The translations under genes were made by a program, and so were the position numbers. Under the pieces are notes generated by a model. That model saw nothing but the letters and a program-made list of their open reading frames with translations, was not told the origin of the DNA and did not search any database. This document shows, piece by piece, positions 48,455-62,164 of a stretch of 64,000 nucleotides of DNA (the stretch's first letter is position 1; each line of letters starts with the position of its first letter). The DNA comes from Utricularia gibba (taxonomy: Eukaryota > Plantae > Magnoliophyta), in assembly GCA_002189035.1 (NCBI GenBank), contig CM007989.1, forward strand, positions 7,812,001-7,876,000. The letters are read 5' to 3'.

Positions 48455-51453
48455 CTACAAGACTGTGTAAGCTCTGATGACCTCAACAATGGGCGCCCGG
48501 CACAGGGGGCATTTGCCTCCTCCTCGCATCAGCTCATTCGCGCATCGAGAGCAGGCGCACATGTGCCCGCACCTGTCAAGCCAACAGGGATCATCGTCAT
48601 CATCTGTTGATGGAGGGAACTCGCGTGGCTGTGGTTGCTTACCTGTACATGAGGGCATCGATGTGGCTGTCACAGCACACGCAGCATGTGCCCTTTCTGG
48701 CAATGCACCATTTGGGGTCATCATCTGGTGTTTTGATGCAGTAATAAGAGATCAGCATCTTGGTTTTTCATGGGAACTTGAGGTGGGAGATTGGGTGTAC
48801 CGTGTTCGTTGAAGGAGCGGTGGAGAGCTGCAGAAACTTCTTGTCTGACTGATCTCTGGAGCTCCATTTGCATATCCATGCACGCTTCTAGCATCTTCTG
48901 CATGTGGTTCATTCCTTGATGGAGCTTTAACACGTCTGCCCGGAGATCGTTGATCATCTCCCACTCCTGGAAAGAAGAACGCACAAGCACCTGGTTTCAT
49001 ATCCTTGCTGCAGTAGTTACAAACTGTTCATGGTTTTTTAACTCACAAGTTCACAATTATTCATGCTGTGGCGAGACCAGGAAGGATGGTGCATCTCCCG
49101 GTGCCAAACCGGTTGTATTGGCGGGGGTGGAGGAGTTCGAGATGCCGCCGGTGTTGGGCTATCAACTGCATCAAGATGTTCCTGGCTTTGCATGAGACTC
49201 GACTGGTCTGAAACTGCCTCAGGCGACTGAGCATCATCAAAATGCAAAGGGGGTCTGCTTTGCCTTTCCACATATGACTGAATTAGCTGATCTAAGCTTT
49301 CACGAAAGCCGCTACGCAGAAGATTTGAGACTCGCCTCCTGAAGGAGACCATCACCATCACTTAAGTAACACAGATGAATGAAAAAGGAGTAAAATGGGA
49401 ATCCCACCTGTTCAGTAGTTCCCTTAGTTCCATGCTGTACACATTATCATCATCTGGGGGGTGGAAACGGGTAATCCCTTGAGATGGAAGACTGTGCACC
49501 ATTGTAGGAGTATCTGGAGAAATGTCTAGGTGATTTATTTCATATGACGTCTCAGAGCCTTGAGGTGCAGAAACGTGGCCTTCATTTTGAGATGCAAAGT
49601 CCTCAAATTGTCTGCTGGATACCGCAGAATGACTTCTATCTTCATGGATAGATACATGATCACCATGTGAATATTCTGGGCTCGATCCTTCAGACTCAGT
49701 TACCTGCACCTGCAATTCATCTCTCTCATGAAAAGGGTGTTGATTTTGACTAGAACTGTGGCCTTCTGGATTCCCACTGATTCCAGAGGCCTCTTGAGCT
49801 TCTTGATTCTCAGATCTATTTGCCAGGTTACTTCTAGAGCTACTGTTGTTATCATTTGAGATTTCCCCACGAGTAATAACTTGGCCTCGTACGATTCTTT
49901 CTAATCTGAAACGGAATCCTTCCCTGGAAACAAGTGATTCATTTAGGATGATGAGAAGCAGTCAAGAATGTGATGATTCCTAAACACAGAGCAAAAAAGA
50001 CATACCTCAGGCCAGAAACTGCATGTCTCTGTCTCAGTTGGCTTAGCTCACCAGCCGCAGCAGAAGGTGGTCTCTCTTCTTCAACCGGACTTTCATTTCT
50101 TAAGAATCTGCCTCTAAGCAGTGACTGAAAATCAATGTATACAACATCATGTTCCTGAACTTTTTCATGGAAGTCAGCTACTACACTGCATATACCTGAG
50201 CTATAGAAAAGATTATATTGATGAAAAAAGAAATCTTTTTTGTTCACTAGAAAGGACAAAGAATCTACAGGACTTAAGTTATGTACCTGAATGCGATTAC
50301 GATGAGCAAAATCTGTAACAGGACGTTGTTCCTGCAGATTTTGTATTTCTTGTTGCCTTTCTGCTTCTACTCTGACAAGCATGCTAAGGAGAGCTTGTCT
50401 ACCCCGCAATCTATGCAGGTCCCTTCCAGCATTCTCTGGCTGTGCATCTTCATTACTGGGAAGAGAAACTTCTCTAGAAAGACTATCCTGATATCTAGCA
50501 CCATTTTCTTGATCTCCCCTTTGTCCACCATGCAAACCTCTTGGTTGGCTACTCATTTGCATCCATTCTCTCACAATTCTTACCCTTTCACGCTCAGTCT
50601 CGCCAAGCAAATCTGCTCTAGAACTGTCCAAACTGCCGTTCCTGACAGTTGATGAAGCATCACTTGCACTACTCCCTGTCCATCTTCGAAGAATATGTCT
50701 TACTCTTTCCCGGTCAGTTTCACCAAGATCTGGAGATGTTTCCCGACTGGAATTCTCCTGCTCCCTGTTGCCAACCTGTGGACCTGATTGATCCGGGGGC
50801 CATGCTGAATACTCATTCTCACTCCCACTAGCACCCAGAGAAGTGCTGTGAGCGTCATTCTCCCTACTCTCTGACATACTTGTAGATGAACTTGCATTTG
50901 ATTCAACACTGTTCTGATGCCTTAATCTCCATTGCATTCTCTCACATGCACGGTTAAGTTCATGTTCATCTTCCAACTCCCTCCAACTCTGCAAAATTGA
51001 AGAGGCGCGAGAGCTCAGCCTCTCAACATTCCCCTGACGCCTAGAGGTAGGAGACTGTGATTCTTGCAAAAATGAAGAATCAAGCATGGATACAGTTTGC
51101 AAGCCTGCAAGTGCCATCAACTCCGACTCACGGCTCCTCCTCTCCCTCGTTGTGATCATCTCTTGCGCCTGGCGAGCAGCCCACCGCCCCAAAATCCTTG
51201 ATTGTTGCCGCCTCGCAGCAGAAGATTCAGCCAGGTCATCTCCCTGGAGATCAGATCTCCTTCTCCTTCTGAGAATCTGTTCTCCATCATCCTCCTCGTC
51301 TTCAGTAGTAGATGTTCTCGGTGAGTTGCAGGAACCAAAAGACACACATTCATCATAATGCCCGCAGATTAAATCCTCCAAACCCCTTTCAGATTCAGAG
51401 CGAGAGTCCCTATTCATGCTCTCGGATTTCTGGTTTTGCTGAATACCCGCCAT
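48455..51453 (-). CDS. C-terminal RING-HC (C3HC4) E3 ubiquitin ligase with long disordered/coiled-coil N-terminus
   Basis: Exons 51453-50287, 50124-50006, 49923-49408, 49338-49047, 48966-48801, 48724-48643, 48572-48455, phase-consistent. RING: [50 protein letters not shown]. Family motifs [21 protein letters not shown] and [30 protein letters not shown]. Confidence 0.93.
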
Positions 51454-54266
51454 AGCGGAAAGATATTACACGCTCCAAGCTAATAACAACAGGAAGCTAC
51501 AAAAGTCGGGCTAAAGATCACAAGGTTCGCCCTTTCAAGGACCAAAGCACCCATATTCTAAACACACCAAAAAAACCCAACTTCAATCCAAGTCACCCAA
51601 ATGGCAAATCAGTATATCCCGAAGAGCAGAACTCTCTCCACCCCACGTACCCACTACACGGCGGCATAGCATCGCCTGATTAACTTAACCGAGGGAATCA
51701 ACAACCTAACGTGAAGGATCGGCGTCAAAGGGAATCAGCCCAGAATCTGGAAATCGTAATTAAACAAGGATGAGACGACAGCGAAGGGTCATACCCAACA
51801 AAAAATTCAACGATCCGCACCCCACGAATGCTGCTTGAACTGTCGTAAACGAAACGTTAAGAGGGAGCTCCGACTCTCCAAGTCATAGCGCTTGCACACG
51901 CAAATGGGTGCGAGAGGGCTCGATTCTTTTGGCATAAGCGCGTGTGGTTTATACTCGTCAACGGCGAAGACTTGTGAAGGTGAAGAGAAAAAACTGTCCA
52001 TAAAAGCGACCAGAGGAAGGTAATATATATAACACTCACCGGAAACCCAACTCCCTTGTCCTCTCCCTCCTACTTGACATTCAGTGTAACAGTTCCGATT
52101 GCCCTCCATTATTGATGTGTCATAACCGCGAGGTTTGAGCAGAGTGGGCGTGGTGAATGAATGAAAGAACGACAGGGGCAACAAGAGCATAGAGATAAAT
52201 TCCGGCATGGAGATCTGCGCTACACTGTGGACAGTTGAACAAGGAAGATACCTCCATCACCATCATGACAAAAGAACATGGCTGTCGCCACATCAACTCC
52301 CAAATAACCCATCACACAAATGGAGCCAATCTCTTGCAAAGTTTCAATCTTTTTCGGCAACATATCTCTCATTTACTCAAGCCCCTTTCTATTGACTATT
52401 CTAGTGACGCACCCCGCACGCAGGCACCGCCAGGGGACACGGCCAAAAACTCCATGACAAATCAACCCCATCCAACCATGTTGTCATTGCAGCTAGTCCC
52501 ATGTGGCTCCACGAGTGGCAGGGCAGCAGCATCACCGACATCCGCATGGGATGATGGACGGTGCCCTATGGGCATGGGTAATGTACCACATATGGAGTTG
52601 GTATATGTTTGGAATTTGCCACACACCAAGTATTTCATAAGTGGGGATAAGGACTAAAGATGATGAATCTGGAACTATTTCCAATGTGAATAAATATGAA
52701 TTGAAATCAAGTAATTTCAGCTATCATGTATGTCATTGCTCAAAATTCTGCTTCTATGTTTAACTAAGATGCTATTTGTTGTTTCTTTGAACTCCATGAA
52801 AAATGCATTTTTTTTTCATGTGCAACATATAAGAAAGGATAATTATGTTGCATAAGAACCCAATATCTGAAAGTTTCGAGTTAAATCAATCAAACCAAGC
52901 ACTTAGTATATGAAGAAGACTTCTGCCTAGTCCATATTACAAATTTGATCACTGTATTCTGAGTGTGTGATAAAATTGGCTACACTGTATATGTAAATTT
53001 GTCATCCATTTCCAGAGCTTTGGCAGCAAGCTCATATTATCCTTGAAGTTTTTCTTTTATGGAACCATAACAATTGAGTCTCTTCTTGGCATGGAGTTAA
53101 TCCCATTGTCTGGGCATTTCAATTTTTTTTGAATCTTTTTGCTCTGGAATAGGTTTTGTGGGAAGATCACTTACTCTGTGTGGATTAAATTTGACTTCAA
53201 TTTTTTTTTTGGATTGTATTGTGGATGAGTTGACTTCAACATTGATTATTTTGTACATTGTTTTAACTTTGTTATTGAGAGAAAAATCCAATGTTTTTGT
53301 AGTCAACCTACATTAAATCTTTTCCATACTAATTCAACCATAGACTTTATTGCTCAAAAATTGATTATTGTAGTTGTTGTTGTGATGGTTGAAAGATGGA
53401 CACCAACATTGATGAAGCTATGTAATTTATTAATTTTTTTGTTATTCACAAAAGTTTGTGTCATCCATCTGATATATTTCTTATAGAAAAAAAATGTCTT
53501 ATTGGATGTGATTGAAAAATAATGATTATGCCAAGATGTATCACCTTCACCTTCCAAGAACATGAAGTCAAACAAAAGCAATTCAAAGAAATCTGTTTTG
53601 GTTGGTGTTAAGGATGCTTACATTGTTTATTACAATGAAAACGATGAACTAAACATGATTTGTTATAATTAGTTTAACTTGAGATCTATGGATTATGAAT
53701 GCTATGTTGATTATTAAAAAAATATTTTTTTTATATATATGTTGGTATGTTATTTAGTATTGAAGTCTTGCATTTTTTGGACCACAAATATGTAAAAATA
53801 ACTATAGAAGATTATGCTGTACAATATTATTTTAGTTCAATGTAAGTAAAAAAATGAAAAATATCATCAAGTTGTAAAATGCAAAGAAAAGATGAGACTT
53901 TGCATAAACAACATATTTATCCCAACTAGGAGTCCCCTCATGAATCATGCATTATAATAATAATATTATTAATATTAAAATTTCAGAGAAAACATCTAAT
54001 TATTGATTTAGTCTACCTTAAATTAACTTAATATTTTGAATAAATTCATTAATATTTGATAACAAAATGATTTTTTTCAAATACTTTGATTCATTTGGCG
54101 AAAACTATACTTGTGTTTTGTTCATTGGTATACACTAATATAAAGCGATTTTCGGGTTATGAACCACCCAAAACACATTACTCTTACAGTATGAAATGAA
54201 ACTTGCAACTTTCCCTTCTTTTAGAAGAAGAAAATTGAGTACAATAACAAGGTGTCACACCTAAGT

Positions 54267-56632
54267 TCACACATCCTTTCCACCAAGGCTTTGCACAACA
54301 ATTTTCTTCACATGCTCCAAGTATTTCTGCATGTAGTCGCATAGCTCATGGGGATCCCTTACCAGTTCCTCGTTGGCCGCCATTGAAATCACCATCTTCT
54401 TGTCATAGCTGTGGTAATGCATGATCAAGCCCTGAGACACTCCAAAAACCCACTCAGAAATACGCAGAAGAAACCATTTGGAAAGCAGATAGGGTCCCGG
54501 TGCTCACCAACGGGAAGCCGCGAGCAGTGGGGGAGATGTAGGCGACGGGGTGGCCGAACAGGATGATTTCCTCCGATGGTCCGACGACGTTGGAAACGCC
54601 GACCGTTAGGGAGCTGAACAGCCCCCGGGTGACCCTCGCGGCGGCCTGCTCACCAGCACGGGGTTAGTGAAGGTAAAGCAAAGCATGATGGATATTCAAT
54701 GGGTGTAACCTGAGCTCCAAAGAGCACCATCACCAGCCTCATTATGAAGTTCTGAACTCTGGGACTGTGCGACATCTTCCTCTTGTCCATGGTGGCCTTC
54801 ACATCACGAATGTAGTCCAATGGATCATCGAATTTCCTCAGTGGGATCGTCCAGCTTCCCACAATGTTCCCCCATTTTCCAGGTTCCAAGTCTGCTCCTT
54901 TCTCCAACACATCGGATAATCCCTGCTTGATTCAACAACCCACGAGCCAGTTGATCCTCAACTGCTATATCACTCTCAAAACTTTCAATAGCGTGGCAAA
55001 AAGGTTGAAAGCTTACCGCCACGGTCATGGAGTCCCGGAGATTAACTGCAACAGCGAACCTGATGCGACTCCTTTTCAGGAAATCAGACGACTTTTTGGT
55101 GGTTTCACCACTGCTTTCTGGGTAACAACGAGAGGAGACAATTTGGTCCCATTCAAAAAAAGCCTATATCCTACCCTTTGGACCATGTGATTAATTAACA
55201 TACAATTCTGATCAAATTTGAACTACTTTAGAATAGAAAAAATAGTCATCCATACAATCTTATCTCAACAATGAGTTAAAATTTCTAAATTACGAATACC
55301 CATTTTTATCACACACTGAAAAAGATATGACAAGATTTCTAATAGATCAGGTACACACGTGTATGGCCTAAAACACTCCCCATCAAATCTTGATCACATT
55401 TAAATAAAATGATTGATGAACTTATCATGGTGTATTTTTTTTTATTTTTTTGTTTTAAAAACCTAAATAAAAAAAATAATTTCCAATTGGGTCGAAGGTG
55501 GGAGACCCCCCTGAGTCAGTACTACGGATGAAGGAGGGATGGGTTGGTGTGACGGGTCACCAGGTCTCACCCATCATAGACATTAATGACGATTTAATCG
55601 CAATTGATTTGTTTAATAATTGGACCAAAAAGAAATTACCGTATTGTTGTTTCAGGTACTGGTAAATGGCGAACTCCGTTGCTCCCAGCAAGACATCGTT
55701 GATCGTCTGGTAAGAACATGGGAGGATTAAGGTATCTCGGTAATGGGGTAAAAAGTGAAGTTTTGTCGGGTTAAAAAAAAGCGAAAAAAGTCACCGTGTT
55801 CAAGGCCTCTCTTATCAACTTCAGATCGTCGAGGCTGATGATCCGATGGACGTAGCGGTTGCGAGTATGATCGAGGAGCTTGGGTTGTCTGAGGGGGTTG
55901 TTGGTGTCCTTGAGAAAGAGGAGGGTTGCCAGGTCCCTGTGGCTTTCCACCATCGTGTGGTAAAAGACCAGCATCGAGCTCGAGACACACCGCATGGCTC
56001 TCTGTAGGAGTCTCTTTGGTTTGGGAGCCTCCCTCTTTTTGGTTTGGAGCACCGGGAGGGACTCCGGGTCGGAAGCTTTCTTGCCGCAGGCCAAAAAGAG
56101 CGAGGTCATGGAAACCCCGTCGCCCATCGAATGGTGGATTCTGAAAACGGCGGCGGAGGTTGCATCGGAGAGCTTGAGATTGAGGATGTAGACTTCCCAC
56201 AGGGGCTTGGAGAAGTCGATGGGCTTCGTGGACAGCTCTGCCGTGAAGTCCTCCACGAACTTATCGGGGAACTCCATGTTCGGATCCACGTCGGGGACGA
56301 AGACATGATCGTCAATATTGACTTTGGTTCGCTTCCAAGCGAACTTGTACCTCTTCTTGTCCTTGATGTCCTTAACAACGGCGTGTAGGAAGACTCCCAG
56401 AAATGAGCATATCAGACTGAAAACAAAAATGGAAGCAACGGGGAGGAAGAGAAGGGTTTACCAGAAGACTCGAGAAACGTGGGTGTTTGATGATGGTTTG
56501 CTCCATACATGTCTTGAAATAAGGAACATCGATAGGCGTGGAGAAGCCCATGACCACCAATATGCAGAGATCGAAGCACGGGACATGGAGGATCCTGGAA
56601 GGTGGGCTCACAGGCTCTTCTTGTCGCACCAT
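54267..56632 (-). CDS. Wax ester synthase/diacylglycerol acyltransferase (WSD1-like O-acyltransferase)
   Basis: Exons 56632-56462, 56370-55795, 55706-55640, 55117-55017, 54922-54710, 54645-54508, 54431-54267. Active site IHHSMGDG (HHxxxDG), KPLWEVYILN, TINDVLLG, KWGN and SNVVGP...FGHPVAYI. Confidence 0.92.
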
Positions 56633-59600
56633 GGCCGCCTCCCTTTTCTTGTCTGAGAGAATTGGAATCTCTGCAACTACTAAACCCCTCCACCCCTGTT
56701 ACATATATATAACGAATCAAGCCCCTCAGTGACGAAGTTACTCCCCATGTAAAGGAAAATGACGGTGCTGCTGCTGCAAAGCTGAAACAATTCCCTTTAT
56801 GCATTTTCTGATGTGGCACCTCAGGACACATTTTCTCACCTCACCCACGATCCAAACAACAAATTCACTCCATTTTTAATGAGGTTTTGCTTAAAGAATT
56901 CGAATTTAGACAGACAGATACGTTTGCCCCTTTCTTTTTTATTCACAATCTCATGTGCAACATCCCTTGGCTCGCAGGAAGAGACATGTGGAGCAGCTGA
57001 GCCAGCATACGCGGTGGAGCCTCCTGGAAAAAAACTATTTGGTTCTGGACCCATAGCCATAAATGCATCGATCCAACTTACAACTAACTCCTGTGGATCG
57101 TCATAACACCTTTCTTTCTCCCCCGTTCCCACTCTCAGCCTTTTTAGACTCATCCCCAGCCATTTAATGCCCAGAAAGGAGCTAGCAGTTGGCTCATCCC
57201 CTCCGCCACCGCTTCCCAACGTCAAAACGACGCTCCTCCCACGCCACCATTCCAGGAAACATGACTGAACGCGACAGACTTCCCCTCCGCCACGGAACCC
57301 ACTCCTCCTCACACCCACTCACCATGAAAAACGGGAGAACGCTTTAGTACGAAGCCCTGTTCTAGAAGATTGATGGAACCCATTATTTCACCATATTGTA
57401 ATGAATTTAATTTAGATTAAAAATTTAAAAATATTATTTAAAAATATTTATTTAATCATATATTAAAAATGAATTGTTTAAGTTGAAATCATGATTTAAA
57501 AACATTGGTATGAAGTTAAAGACGTATGCTATGTGGCCACCACCAACTTGATTATCTGATTTTCAGTTTGGAGTGATTTTAAAATAATCTTGTTATTAAT
57601 ATGATTAATGCTAATGCAGTGATTGATGGGATTTGAGTCGGTTTAAAGATATCATTATAAATTATAGAGTAATTACTTTTATATTGATGAGATGAGGAGT
57701 CACTAACGATGAGGTTACTTGTCTATAGATAATATAAGATCGTATATTTTATAATGATATCTCTGATGAAAGAATAGATATGATTAAATAGACTAAATTT
57801 TCTAATCTTATATTACATTTTTTTTCAGAAGAAAAGAATGTAAAAATATGATGATTGAGTGTTCGAAAGATATAATATTATACAAGACGATTTTGGATAA
57901 TGACATTTAATATACATAAGTTTATTTAGAACAATACCCCTTTAATTAATATTACATAATTTCAATTCTAACTAATTAAATACTATCAACTCACTTTTTT
58001 TTTATCTTGCAACCAAACACTATAACATGATTCGTGTAACACTTCCCATTGGTTTTAAGCGAGGATTAAATCTTCCCATTTTTATTGCCCACACACTATT
58101 TTATAATCTTCCCATTGTTTGGTAATGTTTTATAATTTGATAAAATTGATCTTCACACCATATTGAACTCACCGATCCATCCGCCGCCGATTCCGGCAAT
58201 CATCCGCCGTGCTGGGCCATCGGAACCTGCCTGCCCAGCTGACAACGACCCCACCTCAATGACGACGCACCCAACAACGCCTACGCACATAGACAAACGG
58301 CGAGGCGTGGCCGAGCGACGGCAAGTGGTTGGCTTCCAGGTGGAATTCCAGTAATAACTATTGGCATAGTTTCTTTTTTAAAATAATATTTCAGAAATAT
58401 TTGTATTATTAAACATGACTGATTTAAACTTTAAAAAATTAGAATTAATTCTCATTTTTTAAATGTTGAAAAACTTTTATTCTACTTTTTTAGAACCACT
58501 TCTCCAAAATATGTATTAAAAAAAAGTCTAAAACGAATACTATTTGGAAATTGGGGTAAAAATTAAGCTTTGATAATATATATAATAATTTTATCATAAT
58601 AAAAAATATTGAAGATTGACTATATGTGATTTGAACAATGTTTCTTTATAAAATAATTGTACTATTACAAAATTAGCAGGGACCATCTATCTAAGGTTCC
58701 CAATATCATCAATTAGTGTTGTTGAAATTGATTATAAAATATAAAATGAGGCCAATGGTACTTTCTGATATGGATTAAAAAAAATTGTGTGGTTGGGATT
58801 CCACAACTAAAAATTTTAATGTTGTACATAATATTTAGTATTCAGTTTTTATTTTATTATTTGTTTAAATTTTGAAGGGACCACCCAAATTGTTGTCATT
58901 TTTGACCCATCTCTCTGATTTTTTCTGTTTTATATATATTCACGCTCTTATTATACGGATAATTGAATACTTATATAAATTCATGTACAAATATTCAATA
59001 AATATTTATTAAAAATTTAAATTTTAAAAATATCATTCATTACCTCCTCCACTTTTATTTAACCCTAATTAGATTTTACTCCATTACTTGCTATGCAAAT
59101 TAGCTCCCACCAAAACTTGTGCATCATAGGGGGTATGATCGGATTACTGGGTTGGGGTCGGGTCAACCCGTACCCGGGTCACCCGCTCCATTAATCATCA
59201 CGTGTCTCTTTCCATCAATATTTTTTTTTATTTTATCTTTTACCGATACGTAAGGTGAGATGGCAGAGCACATGCACCGGAGACCACCAGATCGGGTCAA
59301 TGCTGCTATTTTATATAATAACGAATATTATATTTTTAATTTTATTGCGGTGGCGAGAAGAGTATTTATTATTTTTATGTACGATGATTAGGGAGTTTAA
59401 ATAGAGGATGTGACATTAATATGTGTCATATGGTATATTTGTGAATTATTAGGTAGGGGGGCCCCGGCCCCCCGGCCCCGTACGGAAGTAAACAGAGGAT
59501 GGTCTATTGGATTGGTCCCGGTGAATGAATGGCTCGACAGGGAGAGGCATTGGGATCCTGAGTCTTGTCTGCATCTCTTGTATTAAACGCGAGATATGAT

Positions 59601-59946
59601 CGAACCGAATCATGCTGCCGCCGCCGCGCGCGTGGAGGAGGCCGATGACAACGGCGACCTCCTATCTGTCTCGACGGCGGAGTAAAGAGAGTGTCGCATG
59701 TGTTGGAAACCATCAAGTTACATCTGGTTATTTTCGGTCACACAAATAACATATAGATAAAATACGAGTAATGGAAATAATTATTTTTCATATGCACAAA
59801 AATGTAAATGATCATTTTTCAAAATCACCTCATTCTAACATTCTAAGGTCACGTTTGATTAGACATTTTAGATGGGTTTTCACTTAGGTTTAAGAATAAA
59901 CTCACATTTGATATAAGGGTTTAAGACAAGTAAAAATAAACCTGTT

Positions 59947-60254
59947 TACTATCTATATATTCGACAATAACCCTCTATTTAGTGTGTAAGAAAAATAATT
60001 ATCATCAACGTATGTATTTTAATTTTATATATAAAAAAAACGTACAAGTCGTTATTTTTCAAAATAAATGGTCGAAAACCATTATTCACACAACATTATT
60101 TTGAAAAAATAGCCAAGGGAGAAATATTGTATCATTTAAAAAATGACCACACGTAGAATTTATCTCATACAATTAAAATTTTTACATTATCGATGATTAT
60201 TTTTCTCACACACTCATGAAGGTATAGTCAATTTTGTAATACATTCAAGGAGTA
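59947..60254. mobile_element. Degenerate Stowaway-like MITE
   Basis: Inverted repeat arms (AGTGTGTAAGAAAAATAATTATC versus the reverse complement of GATGATTATTTTTCTCACACACT). The right end is GGAGTA and the left end is TA-CTATCT, as expected for a TA target site. Confidence 0.5.
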
Positions 60255-60990
60255 CTAGATTAATAGTAATATTGTATTTATTAGTTTTGTTTATATCTCC
60301 CACACATGTATGTGTGTTAATAATTTAGTTTGATTGATAAATGAATTGTTAATATTAGCGTAATTGGAAGATAATTTAGTAACTCTTTTTGAAAAGTTTT
60401 ATTTTCACGTGAATTTGTAATATTATTTTAAATACATATTCGTAACATTTATGTTTAAAAGAATCTTTCAATTTTGATTGCATAATGTATATTTATTAAT
60501 ATACGAATAATTCAAATACAACGTTAATTAAATTACGGTGGTCCATGGGAGATTTGATTCTACGCTTATAATTGAAGTTCTAGCCGCCACAAAAAAGATA
60601 TATTAAGGACGATGTTTATTTCCAAGATTCCTTAGGGTTTAGAGGGTGCACACTACCATTCCATCTTTGCTAGGGCTGCGCATGCCCTAATTCTGAGGGG
60701 TAAAACTGTCCTCACACAACTATTTCGGATTATTTCCCATTGCAAATGAGCCCACCGGATTTGGGTTATGTCCAGGCTTTTTTTGTAATCGGGTATTGGG
60801 CTTATCTGGGCTAGGCTCATGTAAGAAGCCTGGCCTGGGCCGGTGAGTGGTTCCGGGTCAAATATTTAGGGCTAAAGTATTCGGGTAATGTGTTGATTGG
60901 ATTTTTTCAATTACAAAATTCAACACGAGTTCACTGGATCCTCCCAAGGGATCAGCGACTGGTTGCTTTTGATTATCTAAGGACGGGGGA

Positions 60991-62164
60991 CTAGAAATCG
61001 ATGATGGGTTCCCCGATGTTGAGATTGCGCTCCAGGTCCCATTCCAGATCGAACAGCTTCGCTGTGACGAACTTGAAGATCTTGTTCACGTTTATGTTGT
61101 ATGTTGCACTTGAAAAGAACAATGGTGCATTCATGGCCTTCGCATATCCTCTTGCCTGCAATCCCGTCAGCCATCAGGTTCTGTGTGGGTTGAGTCTAGA
61201 ATCACGAAAGTCACCTGGCTCGCGATCGTCCATTGGAGGTCGATTGGCAGTTGAACAAATTCGTCGAACTTGGTTCCTACCAGCACCGGAATTGCATTCT
61301 TCCAAGTTGCAGATGGTGAAAAGTGGTTAGTTCTCCTGGGGAGGATGAATCATGCGGGATGGGTTGATGTTTACTACTTACAGGGTTCCATCTTCTGGCG
61401 TCCTGATACCATCCTATGATGCTGCATTCCAAGTTGAGAACAGACACAGGATGTGAGCTTTTGATTGTTGTGATTAGTGTGCAAGTGTGTGTGGGTATGT
61501 TTACCTGTTTAACGTGCGTCGACTGGTGAGATCGAACATGAACAGTAAGGCGACTGAGTCTTTGCAAGGTTCGGGGATCCGATGATGAGGTGATCCGTTG
61601 TCTGATTCGAAGCAATTGTGTGAGAATCAAGATGGTGCGTTGCCCACAAATTGATTCGAAGCAGCGGTGAAGATGAACGTGATCATACCTCCCACAACCA
61701 AAATGGAGTAAGAAATCCTGGCGCCTCCGACGGATAGTGTTCTGTTCACGTTGTTTTCTCCTGTTACAACGGATTCTCGTTCATCTTCTCCGGCGAATGC
61801 TTTCTGAAATGGGAATAAGGGAGGGAATGGTGAGTACCTGTTAGGGGACATGTGCGTATCTGTGAGAACTTACCAAAAAACTGCTTTTCCCAATGTGGGA
61901 ATCCCCGAAAAGAGTGATCTTCAGGGAGACAAGATCAGAGGAGGAGTCCCTGGCGTGATCAAAGGCGGGAATATCTTGAGGCAGGGGAGGTGGGTGGGGC
62001 ACGGGAAGATGATGGTACATGACGGACGATTTGCTCATCCAGCAAGACAGAAAACGGGCCCACATTGACCTGATACGGCGGCGGAGGGAAGAGGCGCGGT
62101 GTCCTAAATCGGGTTTGGCTTTGCCTTTCGTTTTCGTTTTGGCTCTGATGCAGAGATGATGCAT
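60991..62164 (-). CDS. Septum-promoting GTP-binding protein 1-like small GTPase (plant SGP1/SGP2 family), G3 motif degenerate
   Basis: Exons 62164-61874, 61803-61689, 61601-61505, 61421-61382, 61298-61215, 61155-60991. P-loop GDSHIGKSS, LFMFDLTSR, IPVLVGTKFD (G4), FSSATYNINVNKIFKF and RNLNIGEPIIDF are SGP-family signatures. Confidence 0.92.

Noticed and set aside
52200-53700. Possible transposon remnant between the RING and WSD1 genes
   Set aside because: Only short motif repeats (GGCATGGAG / AACTCCATG) were found, with no convincing TIR/TSD pair or transposase motif.
26948-56632. Wax/lipid biosynthetic gene cluster (alpha/beta-hydrolase + KCS6-like + WSD1-like)
   Set aside because: KCS and WSD1 are ~22 kb apart with seven unrelated loci between them, and the neighbourhood resembles ancestral eudicot gene order. 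There is no evidence of co-regulation in the sequence.
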